From: Caecitellus pseudoparvulus
Taxonomy: Eukaryota > Protista > Bigyra: Bicosoecida
DNA: 64,000 nt
Reading direction: 5' to 3'
Assembly (NCBI GenBank): GCA_965644315.1
Contig: CBFFRQ010000053.1
Span: 310,001 to 374,000, forward strand
Position 1 is the first letter of the stretch; each line of letters begins with the position of its first letter. The notes beneath the pieces are model-generated. The model was not told the DNA's origin, did not search any database, and was given only the letters and a program-made list of their open reading frames with translations. Below, piece by piece: positions 22,895-34,201 of the stretch. Both the position numbers and the translations under genes were made by a program.

Positions 22895-24358
22895 ATGCTG
22901 TGCAGCAATTTCCGCAGACCGCTCCTAAGCGCAGGCGCCTTCGGGGCGCGCCACGCGAGCCAGGACAGCTGGTTCAAGTCAGGTGCAACATTCAAGGATG
23001 TGGGCGTGCACGATCCAGTGCTCTTGGCTCAGCTGAAACGGTTCGGTTTCAGTGTCCCCAGCGCAATCCAAGCCGCAGCGCTTCCCAAGGCATGTGCCGG
23101 GAGAGACGTGCTGGTGCTGGCTCAGACTGGCACGGGCAAGACGTTCACCTTCACGTTGCCCATTATCCAGGACCTGCTTCAGGCCAGCACAGCTGGTGAG
23201 GAGCCGCCACTGTCGTGTGTCATGCTACCAACCGCTGAGCTGGCTGAGCAGACTGCGGAGGTGTTCCAGCACCTCATCCCCACAGCCTCTGTCCTAGCGG
23301 CATGCAGCAAGGTGCCCCAGGGCTGTGCAGGCGGCGCGCACATCGCAGTGGGCACCCCTGCGGGGCTCCTGTCTGCTGTGCAGGGTGTGCCTCGGCCGGT
23401 GGCCCACCTGGCCTTGGATGAAGTGGACGCCCTGGCCGCGTCATTCAAAGCAGAGGTGGGCAGCATGGTGGCCCACGTGCGCGGCGTGAACGGCGGAGGG
23501 CAGGGCAGGGCAGGGTGTCTGCCGGGGTGCCAGGTCCTCCTTGCGGGGGCCACGCTCCGCGGAGGCAGGTCCAAGGGCGCCTTCGCGTGGCTGCGGCAAA
23601 CCTTCCCCTCTGCGTCGACTGTGCTCGGCGACGCTGTGCACAGCCACGTGCCTGGCGTGAACCTGCACACTGTCACCATCGACGTGGACGCGCTGGCTGC
23701 AGACTCTCAGCATGATCTGCCACACCGTGTGGAGGAGGCGAAGCACCGGGCACTGCTGAAAGCTCTGGCTGCGCAAGGCACGGAGGCAGCGGCGGTGCTG
23801 CGGGCCGACCTCGCCTCCGGCCACGTCGCCATGACGGCCGCGGCAGCAGAGGCACGGGAGGGCGACGCCCTCGCTGCTGCTAGCGGCGAGGTGTCTGTCC
23901 TGCAGACCCTGGTGTTCGTGGACAGCTACGAAGCAGCTGAAGCTGCAGCCAGTGTCGTGGAGGATGCCGTGCCGGAGCTGCGCGTGGCGACACTGCACAG
24001 CCGCTTGCCGCCAGAGGCGCGGGCTGCCCACGCTGCCCTGTTTGCGTCTGGGGATGTGGATGTGCTGGTAGCGACTGACATCGCGGCGCGCGGCCTGGAC
24101 ACGCGCCGCGTCGCCCATGTCGTGCAGCTAGATGTGCCGAAGGACTTGGAGGTGCACTTGCACAGGTCGGGCCGCACGGCGCGGGCTGGGGCAGGCGGGA
24201 CAGTGACATTGGTCGTGCCCTCCCACCAGTCTCAAGACGTCCAGCGCATCTTTTCTGAGCTGGGTGCCGCCCCCGCGCCGGAGGCCGCGCATGGCGCTTC
24301 CCAGAAGGCCCAGCGCAAAGCCCGAGCTCGCAAAGCAGGCCAGCGGCGCACACGCTGA
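22895..24358 (+). CDS. DEAD-box RNA helicase (DEVD variant), probably organellar
   Basis: Q-motif GFSVPSAIQ, motif I AQTGTGKT, PTAELA, GTP, DEVD, ATDIAARGLD and HRSGRTAR. The N-terminus resembles a presequence. Confidence 0.88.
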   Translation: MLCSNFRRPLLSAGAFGARHASQDSWFKSGATFKDVGVHDPVLLAQLKRFGFSVPSAIQAAALPKACAGRDVLVLAQTGTGKTFTFTLPIIQDLLQASTAGEEPPLSCVMLPTAELAEQTAEVFQHLIPTASVLAACSKVPQGCAGGAHIAVGTPAGLLSAVQGVPRPVAHLALDEVDALAASFKAEVGSMVAHVRGVNGGGQGRAGCLPGCQVLLAGATLRGGRSKGAFAWLRQTFPSASTVLGDAVHSHVPGVNLHTVTIDVDALAADSQHDLPHRVEEAKHRALLKALAAQGTEAAAVLRADLASGHVAMTAAAAEAREGDALAAASGEVSVLQTLVFVDSYEAAEAAASVVEDAVPELRVATLHSRLPPEARAAHAALFASGDVDVLVATDIAARGLDTRRVAHVVQLDVPKDLEVHLHRSGRTARAGAGGTVTLVVPSHQSQDVQRIFSELGAAPAPEAAHGASQKAQRKARARKAGQRRTR

Positions 24359-24626
24359 GCTGCAGCAGTCCGCCGCGCAATGCACTTTCCAACCACCGCC
24401 CGTACCTTCCAGCTTCAGCTTAAACCACAAACATTGTGGGGATTGCTCGGCCATTTGGACCGTCAGTCTGCTCTCACCTCTCCCAGTCAAACCTGTGCGT
24501 GCCTGTCCCTGCACTGCAGCCGCAGAACACGCCGAGGCGCTGCCGTGCAAACCGTGCCCTGGGGCTGCCACCGGCAACAAGAGCACACCCAAGCATACAT
24601 TTTTCTCATCTTCCACAGCTTCCACC

Positions 24627-25694
24627 ATGCCTTACAAGGCCAAGGTCAAGGATAAGCGCGCCTACGGGCAGAAGCTCATCAAGCTGATCCAGGAGCACAA
24701 GAGCATCCTGATCATCTCTGTGGACAACGTTGGCTCCAGCCAGATCCAGCAGGTTCGCCAGGAGCTGCGCAAGGATGCCACCATCCTGATGGGCAAGAAC
24801 GTGAGTGGTCTCGCGGCAGGCCTGCGCGCTGCACCCTTCACCGCGCACGGGCTGGTGTGGCCCATTTCCGCACGGCGCCGCCCGTTCCCCACGTGACGTT
24901 GCCCCTCCCCCGCTCAGACCACCATCCGCAAGGTCCTGCGTGACTTCGCCTACTACAACCCCGACCACCCCGCCTGCGGCCTGCTCCCCCACATCAACGG
25001 GAACATCGGCTTCGTGTTCACCAACGGTGACATCGCCAAGCTGCGCGAGAAGATCATCTCCAACAAGGTCCCCGCCCCTGCCCGCGTTGGTTCCGTTGCC
25101 CCCACCGATGTCTTCGTGGAGCCCGGCCCCACCGGCTGCGACCCTGGCCAGACCTCTTGGTTCCAGGCACTGAACATCCCCACCAAGATTAACCGTGGTC
25201 AGATTGAGATGATCGCCCGTGTGCACCTGATCAAGGCTGGCGACAAGGTTGCCGAGTCCGAGGCTGCTCTGCTGGACAAGCTGGAGATCCGCCCCTTCGC
25301 TTACAGCATCCAGACCGAGACTGTGTACCAGGAGGGCAACATCTTCTCCGCTGATGTCCTGGACATCACCGATGATGACATGAAGGCCAAGTTCCTGTAC
25401 GGTGCCAAGACTATCGCTGCCCTCGGCATGATGGTCGGGTACCCCACGAAGGCTTCCCTTACCCACTCCCTCAACGGCGCCTACAAGGCCCTGCTGGCCC
25501 TGGGCATGGGCACCGACTACAAGTTCGCTGCCGCCACGGAGTTCGAGAGCTTCCTGGCCAACGCCAAGAACTTCGTTGCCGCTCCTGCTGCTGGCGCTGC
25601 TGCCGCTGTCGAGGAGGAGGAGGAGGAGGAGGAAGAGGAGGAGGATGTCGGCGGAGCCGGCGACCTGTTCGGCGACTCTGACTCTGACTTCTAA
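24627..25694 (+). CDS. RPLP0: 60S acidic ribosomal protein P0 (uL10)
   Basis: Exons 24627-24800 and 24918-25694. Motifs DNVGSSQIQQVR, LMGKN|TTIRK, GNIGFVFTN and PAPARVG, plus an acidic C-terminal tail. Codon usage is strongly biased to C-ending codons. Confidence 0.97.
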
Positions 25695-25802
25695 GCCAGA
25701 GGCCTCGGTTTACTGCCCTTCCCGCCCGCCCGCACGAACAATGCACGCCGGTGGTTGTGTTTGCCTGGTTTGCGCCTGCCTGGCCCTCGTGCATTGCATC
25801 CA

Positions 25803-27212
25803 TCACTCCTTCTTCTCCGTGGCACCAGCGGCCCCCGCAGCAAGCTCGGACTCAGCAGCTGCGATGCGGGCTGCCTTCGCATCCCCACGCCGCCGCTTGA
25901 TGTGCAAGGCCCGGCGGTCCAGGTGCCCCTCCACATCCACGAGCTTCACCCCCGCAGCAGCCGTGGCGACGAGGGCGAAGTACAGCAAGTCTGCTGCCTC
26001 AGCTGCCACGTGGTCGGCGTCCCCCTCCTCCAGCGCCTCATGCAGCTCCTGAGACTCCTCCAGCAGCTTGTGCCGCAGCAAGGCGTGGTCGTCGAACAGG
26101 CGCTTGGTGTAGGAGCCAGGGGGCGCGTGGGCCTTGCGAGTCCACAAAGTGCGCTCCAGCCCGGAAATGCCACCCGAATCACCCCAGCACGAGCGTGTGA
26201 ACTTGTGGCAGAATGCCGGCGGCTCGCCGTGCTGCACCACCCGGAACAGCAGGGCGTCGGAGTCGCAGTCCAGCCGGGCAGACACCAGCTCCTGCCACAT
26301 GCCGGAGGTGTCCCCCTTGCGCCACAGGCTGCCCCTGGAGCGGGAGTAGTAAATGCCGCGCCCAGCCTGCACAGCCTCCACGATGCTCTGTTTCGAGGAA
26401 TACACGAGCCCCAGCGCGTGCTCGTACTCGTCAGTCACCACCGTCGCCACCAAGCTGTCAGGTCGATCGCTCCTTGCACACAGGGCCAGACAGTGGGCTA
26501 CGTTCAGTGTTGACCCCACTTCTTCCTGGCTGTCGCCCGCTGCCGCTTGGCCCGCAGCTGCTGCAGCGTCTGGCGCAGAGCTGCGTGCCAGATCCACGCA
26601 TGGGCATGCAACGTGCAGACCAAGAGGGTGAAGGGCACCCACCGCAGTGGAAGTTGCCCCCGCCACAGGCGCTGCATCGTCCTGCCGCAGTGCAGCCGTG
26701 CTGGGGCAGATAGCAAGCGTGGTGGCATCCCCCCCTGCGGCCTTGACCAATTTCCGCCCCCAAGCCTTGCCCAAGCCTTCCGCAGCTGCCACAGACATGC
26801 CAAGCAACACGACACAGGTGAGGTCTGCCACTTGCTGCAAGCTGCTGCACAGCCCCTCCCAAGCTGCGTCCTCTGTGCCTTCGGGAGCAGCTGGCGGCGT
26901 GGGGAGTACTACGCCAAGTCTGTGTCGAGGCACCTCCTCAGCCATCTGCTTCACAGTTTGCAGGGCAGCGCCGGCATCCTGGCCACTGCAGTCCAGCAAC
27001 ACAACATGCAAGCCAGCATGCAGCAGGTCAATCGCACTTTGGGCGTCTGTCTCTGCCCCTACAGTCAGCCATGTTGTGCCAGCCTGCACAGTGGCTTTGA
27101 ACTCAGCCGTCACACTAGGCTGCACCGAGCTTGCCAACAGCACGGGCCCGCACACTGCTTGGCGGCGCACACGGGAGGGAGCATGATCCCCAAAGAGGAC
27201 AGGGATGAGCAT
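25803..27212 (-). CDS. hisIE: Bifunctional phosphoribosyl-AMP cyclohydrolase / phosphoribosyl-ATP pyrophosphatase (HisIE) with His4-like N-terminal extension, no HisD domain
   Basis: HisI motifs LGLVYSS, GIYYSRSR.SLWRKGDTSG, DCDSD and FCH. HisE motifs GSYTKRLF, KLLEE and EAADLLYF. The protein ends shortly after RRRGDAK. Confidence 0.9.
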   Translation of the reverse strand: MLIPVLFGDHAPSRVRRQAVCGPVLLASSVQPSVTAEFKATVQAGTTWLTVGAETDAQSAIDLLHAGLHVVLLDCSGQDAGAALQTVKQMAEEVPRHRLGVVLPTPPAAPEGTEDAAWEGLCSSLQQVADLTCVVLLGMSVAAAEGLGKAWGRKLVKAAGGDATTLAICPSTAALRQDDAAPVAGATSTAVGALHPLGLHVACPCVDLARSSAPDAAAAAGQAAAGDSQEEVGSTLNVAHCLALCARSDRPDSLVATVVTDEYEHALGLVYSSKQSIVEAVQAGRGIYYSRSRGSLWRKGDTSGMWQELVSARLDCDSDALLFRVVQHGEPPAFCHKFTRSCWGDSGGISGLERTLWTRKAHAPPGSYTKRLFDDHALLRHKLLEESQELHEALEEGDADHVAAEAADLLYFALVATAAAGVKLVDVEGHLDRRALHIKRRRGDAKAARIAAAESELAAGAAGATEKKE

Positions 27213-27549
27213 CGTGAGCCGGGTTGGCGCTGCCTTTGAGCTTCGCCGGGCGCATGGAACTGTGTGCAGGTGTGTCCTGAGACATTTTTAGCCGACGCTC
27301 ACAATTGCCCAGCACGCAACGCGCGCTGGAGGCATCGGATCCTCGGACAAAAAGGGCACTGCGACCCAATTTAGCGCATGAAAGCGCAACACGGTGTGCA
27401 TGCTCCTTTCTTTAGAGTGCCTGGCTCAGGGTCGCCTGTGAAGGCCGCCCTCCACACTTGGGTGCTTGAGTGCCAAAGAGCTCCACGCAAACACTGAGCC
27501 AGCACACGGGGATCCAAGGGCGTAGCAGGCGGCGCCCTCTTTTGACAGT

Positions 27550-30500
27550 ATGGACCCTGTGCCCCCCTCCGATGCTGCTGTGCGCCCACATGACAACGGG
27601 CAAGTTGGGCACAGGCGCCCCCTTGCAGTCACCTTGCCTCCAACTCATCTGCTGCACTATCTGTGGAAAGAGAGCAGGCAGCGAGATACCCACTGCAGGT
27701 TCTTTGTTCCTGACACCATCGTGTACCGCCGCCACGCGGTAGACGCCTGGTTTTACTCTTGCCAGGAGAGCGGCGTGATGAAACGCAAGCCCCGCGCGGC
27801 CATTGACAACCGCCTCATTGAAGACGAGCTGGGCGGCAAAGAAACAGGAGCCCACTCAATTATTGCCGCTTTCTACAACACATCCCTCGTTAATGGTGAG
27901 TGGGCGCCTGCATGGGGCGCAGGGTTGACCCCTGAAGCTGTGACTCCCCTGCGGTGCACTGGCGGAGCCACACTGGTTCCAGCACTGCTTCCGCAGACAT
28001 GGGCATGTGCCAAGTGGACTACCTCGATCGAAGTGGCCTGCAGTCAATGCTTTTTGAAAAGCGAAAACCGGCTCAAGGGTTCTTGCAACGCTTTGTACTG
28101 CCCAAGGGAGCTGCTATGCACACCTTTCGAGTGGACTGGCGCCCCTCATCCTGCACTGCGGTGAAAGCTGTGTCGAGGCACTCATTGACACGTGCCAGCG
28201 ATGATGCGCAAGCAGCGTGCGCAACATTTGACGCGGAGCCAGGCGCATGCACTTTCTCCTTGGTCACCAGCAGGTCAGTGCTGGCAAGGCTGGAGGCTGT
28301 GACCACGAGCATCGTGGACCACGTGCTGCACGTCAGCGAGGGAGCTGTGAAGGTATCAAGACTCTCCCTTTTCTTTCGTGAGGACTGCACCGGGCGCCTT
28401 TGGCTGCTGCATGTTGGGGACGTCGCAGCGGAGGGGCCGCTGCCTCAAGCGGATATGCCCCCCACAGCCTTGCCCCGGGCGTTCGACAGTGATGAGCTGT
28501 GGAGCCCCCCTCAGCCGGAAGCCGAGCTCCCACTTCTGCAGGGAACTTCCACTGTGGAGGAACAGCCCCAGCAGCCGTTCCATGGTGCTGCAGGAGAAGC
28601 GGGGTCCCGTCCAGGCAGCAGGGCCGGTAGCGGCGTGCTTCAAGCAGGCAGCGCACCGGAGGCGCTTCCGCCAGGGGAAGCTGAGAAGGGTGTTTTCCAA
28701 GGCCAGGATTCATGGGTTCGTGCGCTCCAGGCCCGGCGACCCACTGTTCCCATTCCGAGGGCGTCGCATGGAATGGTGCGGCTGGTCTCGAACCAGTGCC
28801 CTTCATGCGGCGGGCGCCTGCGAGAGCACACAGAAGATACGCAGCCAGTGCCGCTGCTACCTAGGAAGACATTCCTGCAGCACTACCAGTGGCTTCTCAA
28901 GCGGCTTGGGAGGGTGCCTTTTGAGATGTCATGGGCTCAGCAGCAGCAGCTCATCGGCAGCCTAGACGCAGTGCGCAAGCCTGAGCCCATCAACCACTGG
29001 CCGCCCGAGGCTGAAAGCCTCCATGCAGCGTGTGGAGTTGGTCTGTATGGTGTGTTTGCATTGACTGTCGAGGATGACGCCGAGTGGCGCGCAAAGCGCA
29101 GCATGGACCCTGAGTTCGAGCCGCCGGCGCCTGTCATCCGCAGAGTACCTCCAGTGTTGGCACTGCTGCACCCTGGCTTGACGTACATGGAAATGAGCGG
29201 CCTGCGGAAGGACCCCACGTGGCTGTTTGGGTTGATTGAAGTCTGTGGCGCTTGCTTCCACTCGCTGCAGCCATTCAACGCCTCTGTTGTAGCAGGCGTC
29301 ACGGAGCTGCACAACCCCCAGGCGGTGCGAGGTCCCCGTGAGGCACAAACGCCGCTGGTTCAAACCTTGACCCAACGGCTTAAGGCTGAACTGGCATCAC
29401 GAAAAGAGCAGCGGCAAGCCCGGCTGGCCGGCTTGCATCTCCTCCGGGATAAGTTGCACAGAGCCACCAGCGAATCAATGCGGCGACGCTCCGCTGAAGT
29501 GAGAGGCGGTGCTGCTGAAGAGGGTGCAGGAGTCAGCCTAAGCAGCATGCATGCCATGGCCCAAGACTCATCACAGCTTGAGCATGAAGCCGAGGAAGGG
29601 GGGGAGCTCCTTGGAGGCCTCGTCTTGTCGCGCGCAGAGGCCCGACTTGCTGCAGAGGTGCTGTTTTGCGAGAGTGGCGCCTCGGCGCCGCCCGACTTTG
29701 GAGGGCGGAACAAGTCTGCTGATGTGTACCTCGGACCTGCAGAGGTGACCGAAGCCAGTGGTGGAGTGGCACCGGCAGCTGCCCAAGTAGCACACCCCCT
29801 CTATCACCTGGCGTCCAGTATGGAGAGGCTGGCACAGGCAGATAAGCTAGCAAGGACTGAAATGAAGCCCAGCGGGCTGCCAAGTGAGCCTGACACGAAA
29901 GCTGTGCTGTCTCGAGTCCAGCCCATGCTACAGCAAGGGAGCCAGGCGCTGAAGGGTCAAGTTGCGGACTTCCTGCAGTACCAAGGCGCCGAGAGGCAGC
30001 TGAAGACTGCTGAAGAAGACTTCAGAGACCCGCCCCAGGACGCTGTGAACGTCGTCGCAGCTGGCCCGCCAGCGACTCCCGCTGGAGTAGTCGCAGAGTT
30101 GGAAGTGCGCGCCAGGACGGCACCAGCCGCAGAATCCCGCGCGCAATCCCTGGCCCGGACTTGGAGGAGCGAGCGCAGCCGGCTGCTGCGGTCTCAACAC
30201 ACGCTTACGATGCAGGAAACACAGCGGGCCCGTGGTGCGCTGCTTGCAAGGGCACTTGGTGGGACGGTGACTGCCCAGCCTGCCGGGGTTGTCATGCACC
30301 CGGCGGAGAAGCACGTTGGACCTATGCACGTGACGCACGCGATGCACCCGTTTGAGTTTGAAACCCGGTTTGGACGTGGAGCAACGAGCCAAGTGTCCGA
30401 ATGGATCAAAACGACAGCAGCAGCAGGTGGCCCAGACGCTCGTTTGGCAAGCCTGGGAACGGGTGCAGTCCAAGACCCGAGCTTGGCTGCTGCTGCCGGA

Positions 30501-33500
30501 CTCAAGCACACGAAGAAAGTTCTTCGGTCCCCATTCTTGGTGCGCAACACGGTTCCAGCACAAGGATCACTTCCTGCTGTTTCTTTCACGGTTGTGCCAC
30601 CCATGCGCAGCGTGAGCTCAAGGAGCAGAGCAAGGCACACTGTACGCAGCATGGAGGGTGGCTCAGCCGCACCGCAGAGTGCAAGAATTGCACTGGGGAT
30701 GGGAGGCACTTGGCAGCCCCGCGAGTCTGATTCGGAACTGCGTTTTACAGGTCCGCGGGAAGAGGCTGGAGTCGAAGCACATGAGTCGGTGTTGCCGGAG
30801 CCTTCTGCCTCGAAGTCACTGCAGCCCCGTTCGGAACCTGGCGCAAGTCAGGCTCTTGGGCTGCCACCAAGCTCCCCCGCCAACAGCTTGAAGTTTAAAC
30901 ACTTTGACGCAAGTTTGGACTTCCAGGATCAGCGCCGCCGTGCAGCTCTCTTGCGAAGTGAGGAAGCAGCTGAGGAGGCACGCATGGAAGCCCAGATTGC
31001 AAAGGCGAAGGAACTGTCTTGGAAGGCGGGGGCCGGCGCGGATGACTTGGAGTTCCGCACCAGGAGCCTCGAAAGCATCCATGAACTGCGCCAGGCCCGA
31101 GAACGTGCCACGAACGCTGATTTCCGCTCTGAGCATGCGATCGCCCAGGCGTCCGCTGCGGCTCGAAAGCTTGAGGTGGAGGCGAAGGTGGCAGCCTTCA
31201 TGCAGCAGGATGCTGCCCTCACAGCAGAGAGGCGGCTCACCATTGACTGCCTTGTCTCTGCAGAGTACGCCCGCCTCGAGAGGGCGGAGCAGGTGGAATC
31301 TGCAAAGAAGGCTCGCCGCCGCGCCCGCGAAGAAGCTCTTCGCAGCTCCACCACGTCATCCCTGCCAGCAACACGTGCACGAGCGCTTGCGCACGCCAGA
31401 ACAGACGAAGCCTTGAAGGAAATGGAAGCATCATTGCGGTTTGCCGCTGACAACCTTGGGCTGCAGGTGGGTGAGGGGTTCACTCGTAGGCCCTCTGAGT
31501 TTTCTATTCAAGCCGAGAAGCGAAGGAGGGCAAGGCAGGTCAAACGAGAGCAGAAAGACATGGAGCGCCGGATGCACAGTGGCGAAGCCAGGGGCCTTTC
31601 TTCACACGAAACTCTGCTTGCAGACGCAGTGGGTGGCATGGGGCTCGCGAAGCCACAGCCAGGCACGGGGGTCTTGGCTGCAAAGCTGCACGTTGCATCT
31701 GTGAAAGAGTTCACACGCGACGGCGGAGACAGCTCAAGCGCCAGTGGCGAATTGGGGGTCTGGCTGCTTGTCGTGCGAAGATGTGCCATTGGAGAGTATA
31801 CCCCTTCGGCAGAGCAGGTGGCCATCGGAGAGGCCTCCCTGAGGGTGCTGTACGAGTACGGCGCAGGTGTCGGAGAGGCAGCAGGCGACAGCCCCACACT
31901 AACTGAACGACTTGACCAGGGTAGCAGGCGTGCAGCAGAGTCCAGCTCAAGCATCGCCATTCCACGCGAGCACCTCTACAATGTTGACAGGATGTGGGGT
32001 CGCGGGCTCTTTGTCTTGGAACGCGTGAACGTGAGCACGGGCCGCGTTATCCGGGACTACATGACACGCAAGGAGCTGTGGGATGAGGCAAGTGCAGATG
32101 ATGTGCTTCGAGCAGCCAAACAGGCGGAGCTGCGATGGGAGGGCGTTGTATCGGGATCAGGAATCGATTGGGATGGGGCTTTGAAAAAGTGCAGGGTGGT
32201 CCCACCCAAGAACCCGGCGCTCGGAGACAGGGAGCGGGCTGTGCTGCCACCCCATCCCGTGCCTATGGGGCCCTGGCTAGACAAAGAAGAAGATCACGAG
32301 AGGCGTCGCCTGAGGCGTGGCATGAAGAGCGCTTTTTCTCACCTCGAGCGGCGGCAAGCTTTGCACCGGCGGGTTCAACTTGGGCGGGCGAGGCTTGCGT
32401 GCATGGCCAGCGGACAGGACGTGCCCCCCTCAGATCTGGACGAAGAGCTCAGCTTGCACGAGCTCTTTGCCCGACACCGTGCAAGTACGAATGAAGGAGG
32501 ACGCATGGGAAGAGAACCACCCCCGAGCAGCTCAGCGAGCAGCCGCACGGCGACAAGGAGGGCTGGCACGCCGGGCACTGCTCGCTGGTTCGTGAAGGCT
32601 GCTCAGCACCTTCGCCATGCAGCTGCTGGGATGGACACGACACCTGTAGATCCCTACTTGGGGCCATCATGTTGGCCTCACTTGTCCAGGCCCCGTGGGC
32701 CGGAGGATCCTGCGCCTTCACTGCAGATGCTGGCAGCCTTTGAAGGGCCTGGTGGGGTGTGGCCCAGCGACATTGCCCGTGCAGCGGAGCAAGTTCAAGC
32801 AATACCAGACACCATGGAAGGTATAATCGTGTGGGGGACGTTTCGATGCCTCGGCGATTTCCACAGCGTCTTCTTGCGCGGACACGCCTCCGCTTTCCCC
32901 ACACAAGGGGCGCCGTTCACGCTGTTCGCGTACACTTTCAGCAACGGCCGAAGCACACAGGTGCGCTTGACGTTCCTCGACTTGATCCAGCACCCCATTG
33001 CGGGCAGGATCCCTCCAGTGCTTCAGGCTGCTCGGACTTTCTTTTTGCAGCTCGCTCTTGGACTGCCCGCTCTTGACGCACCGGGAGCACTCGTTAGCAA
33101 GGCACAGGTTGGATCAGTGTACGCTATTGCAGACCGTAAAGTACCTCGGCCAGAGGATGACCCCGACGTGCAGGCTCTCTCTCGGCATGATGCTTTTATT
33201 GAAGTGCCTGCACTGTTTCAGCGGGGATGTCTTGCCTCATTGGTGTGCCAAACCAAGTCCGGAACCCTAGAGTACATGACCTTGCGGGCAAGCGAAGCTT
33301 GGCCACCCGTTCTGTCTCTTCGGTCTCATGTCGTGGGGGCTCGGAAGAGCTCCTCAAAGGAGCTGCCAAGGCACCAGTACCAGGACGGTAGCTGCAATCC
33401 CTTCGTTGAATCTGCCGCACTGCATACCCTCTACAGTCTTGGTGTTGCCATGGATGCCATGGTCATTGCAGCTCGCTTCATCAAGGTGGCGGGTGAGCGG

Positions 33501-34181
33501 TGGCTCGTGGGCATGGAAGTGCTGCCCCCAGAGGACCCTTCAAAGCTGCAGCCCCTCGCAGCGGATTCAGAACGTCTGGCAGCCCACTTCATTGTCTCTG
33601 ACCCCTCCCGCGCTGTCTCGCCGCGGAGTGGGAATGGGTACGCAGTGGAAACGACGATCAAGGAGAAAGCAGAGCTGGATGGCGCCTTGCCTTGCTTCAG
33701 GGTGTTTGTCATGCAGCTCGACACATCTGGGTGGTGGGATGAAACCGGCTGCTGCCTCTTACCAGCAGATTGCAGCGCTGCTTCCGAAGACGACAGCACG
33801 GAACGGCTGTCCAGCACCATTCTCTCCTTTGGACAGGCTGCATCCGCTCGGCGGAACCCATTGCTCGAGCATGTCGCAACAGAGCGCCCCCCTCTGGCTG
33901 TTTCGACCAAGAAGGTGCACAAGAGCATGGATGCAGAGTACTTCATGGAGAGTGGCGCACTCACAAATGCGGACGAGTTGACAAGGCAAGCGGCCGCCAA
34001 AGCTGCCATGATGAAGAGTATGGCCCTGGCCGACGCTGAGAGGCGCGCAAAGGGCCGAAAGAACTCGCAGCTTGAGGCGCTTGTTGACACAGCGGTGGGA
34101 ACGGCCGCACTGCGGTTGGGCGAGCGCCCCAGTTTGTCGCTGAGCAGTGTATTCTCCGAGCAGTCACACTTCAGCGGCTAG
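27550..34181 (+). CDS. Large uncharacterised protein (~2176 aa) with a globular N-terminal domain and coiled-coil regions
   Basis: Exon 27550-27895, intron 27896-27996 (GTGAGT..CGCAG, phase 1) and exon 27997-34181 join the 204-aa and 2075-aa ORFs in frame. Confidence 0.8.
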
Positions 34182-34201
34182 AATGACAAGCAGCTGCAAA
34201 G

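Noticed and set aside
25615-25645. (GAG)n repeat
   Set aside because: This is the normal acidic hinge of ribosomal protein P0.
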